A DNA stretch of 37,488 nucleotides, from the NCBI GenBank assembly GCA_039796255.1, contig JBDKKE010000073.1, forward strand, positions 1 to 37,488, read 5' to 3'. The stretch is from Verrucomicrobiota bacterium (GTDB lineage Bacteria > Verrucomicrobiota > Verrucomicrobiia > Limisphaerales > UBA9464). A program made the position numbers and the translations under genes. Shown here one piece after another: positions 37,092-37,488 of the stretch (its first letter is position 1; every line of letters starts with the position of its first letter). The notes beneath the pieces were generated by a model, which was not told the origin of the DNA, ran no database searches, and was given only the letters and a program-made list of their open reading frames with translations.

Positions 37092-37488
37092 CCACGGATG
37101 GAAGACGAAGAGGGTTTAACCACGGATTGCACGGATTAACACGGATGGGGGCAGAAGAGCGGCAGAGAAACATTCGGGGGAACAAGAATGCAGGGGAGAT
37201 CCGACAATCAGTGAGTCCGTTTTACCCATCCGTCTTCAGTCCGTGTCGACAGCGTTTCTTCACCTTGCCTGGTATTGTCCGGCTGCCCCTTTCCCCGCCT
37301 TTTTTTCAGTTATCCGTGCCCATCCGTGCTATCCGTGGTCAAAACTCCCCTTCCCTTTCCCCAATCCGCACCCCGTTCCCCACGGATGGAAGACGAAGAG
37401 GGTTTGACCACGGATAGCACGGATTAACACGGATGGGGGCAGGAGAGCGGAAGAGAAACATTCGGGGGAACAAGAATGCAGGGGAGAT
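37092..37488 (+). repeat. Tandem CACGGAT-palindrome units C (37092-37378, 287 bp) and D (37379-37488, cut by the window end)
   Basis: The arms are the same as in units A and B. The core sequence differs (GGGCAGAAGAGCGGCAGAGAAACATTCGGGGGAACAAGAATGCAGGGGAGAT...), sharing with A/B mainly CGACAGCGTTTCTTCACCTTGCC and a short GTCTTCAGT. D repeats C nearly exactly over its 110 visible bp. Confidence 0.9.

Overview
GC-rich bacterial chromosomal window. It shows hallmarks of the PVC superphylum: a prepilin/DUF1559 protein with [25 protein letters not shown], a giant LTD+CotH protein, CRTAC1/ASPIC-UnbV FG-GAP proteins and a GxxExxY protein. The taxon call is inference only.

Core content:
- a complete F1Fo ATP synthase operon atpBEFHAGDC on the minus strand (12100-18952)
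- adk-fmt, ald, a DUF721/DciA-like gene and an SDR oxidoreductase
- a HlyD-type adaptor lipoprotein, a nucleoside-type MFS symporter and a double-domain sugar-type ABC ATPase
- a PA14+pentaheme cytochrome c, two GT4 glycosyltransferases and an M20 peptidase

Accessory content:
- an islet (2486-5086) holding two paralogous small-ORF + minimal-nucleotidyltransferase modules, a 5'-truncated sigma-70 gene, a duplicated sigma-tail/heptad-array/dciA junction and a MITE-like palindrome with a TTTAG target-site duplication
- two convergent Phd/YefM-VapC(PIN) modules (28618-30148)

Most unusual signals, none explained by a gene:
1. Six graded heptanucleotide tandem arrays (GCCCATC>GCCTATC>GGCTATT/C>GGCCACC) at gene 3' ends. 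Two of them donate the TAG stop of the upstream gene and three delimit the nucleotidyltransferase cassettes.
2. A second heptamer family, (GCCTTCT)n, about 50 nt upstream and in sense orientation of both CRTAC1 paralogs.
3. Palindromic elements of about 210-290 bp whose arms are iteron-like CACGGAT motifs at about 10-bp spacing. One sits in a divergent promoter (25218-25428). Others form a tandem array (36113-37488+) whose linker carries an inserted GxxExxY (PD-(D/E)XK-like) gene.
4. A single in-frame TAG at a conserved Trp position that splits the second CRTAC1 gene.

One real gene (1-1398, minus strand) is missing from the ORF track because it has no stop inside the window. No rRNA, tRNA or CRISPR array was found. 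All family names come from motif recognition by eye; no database search was possible.
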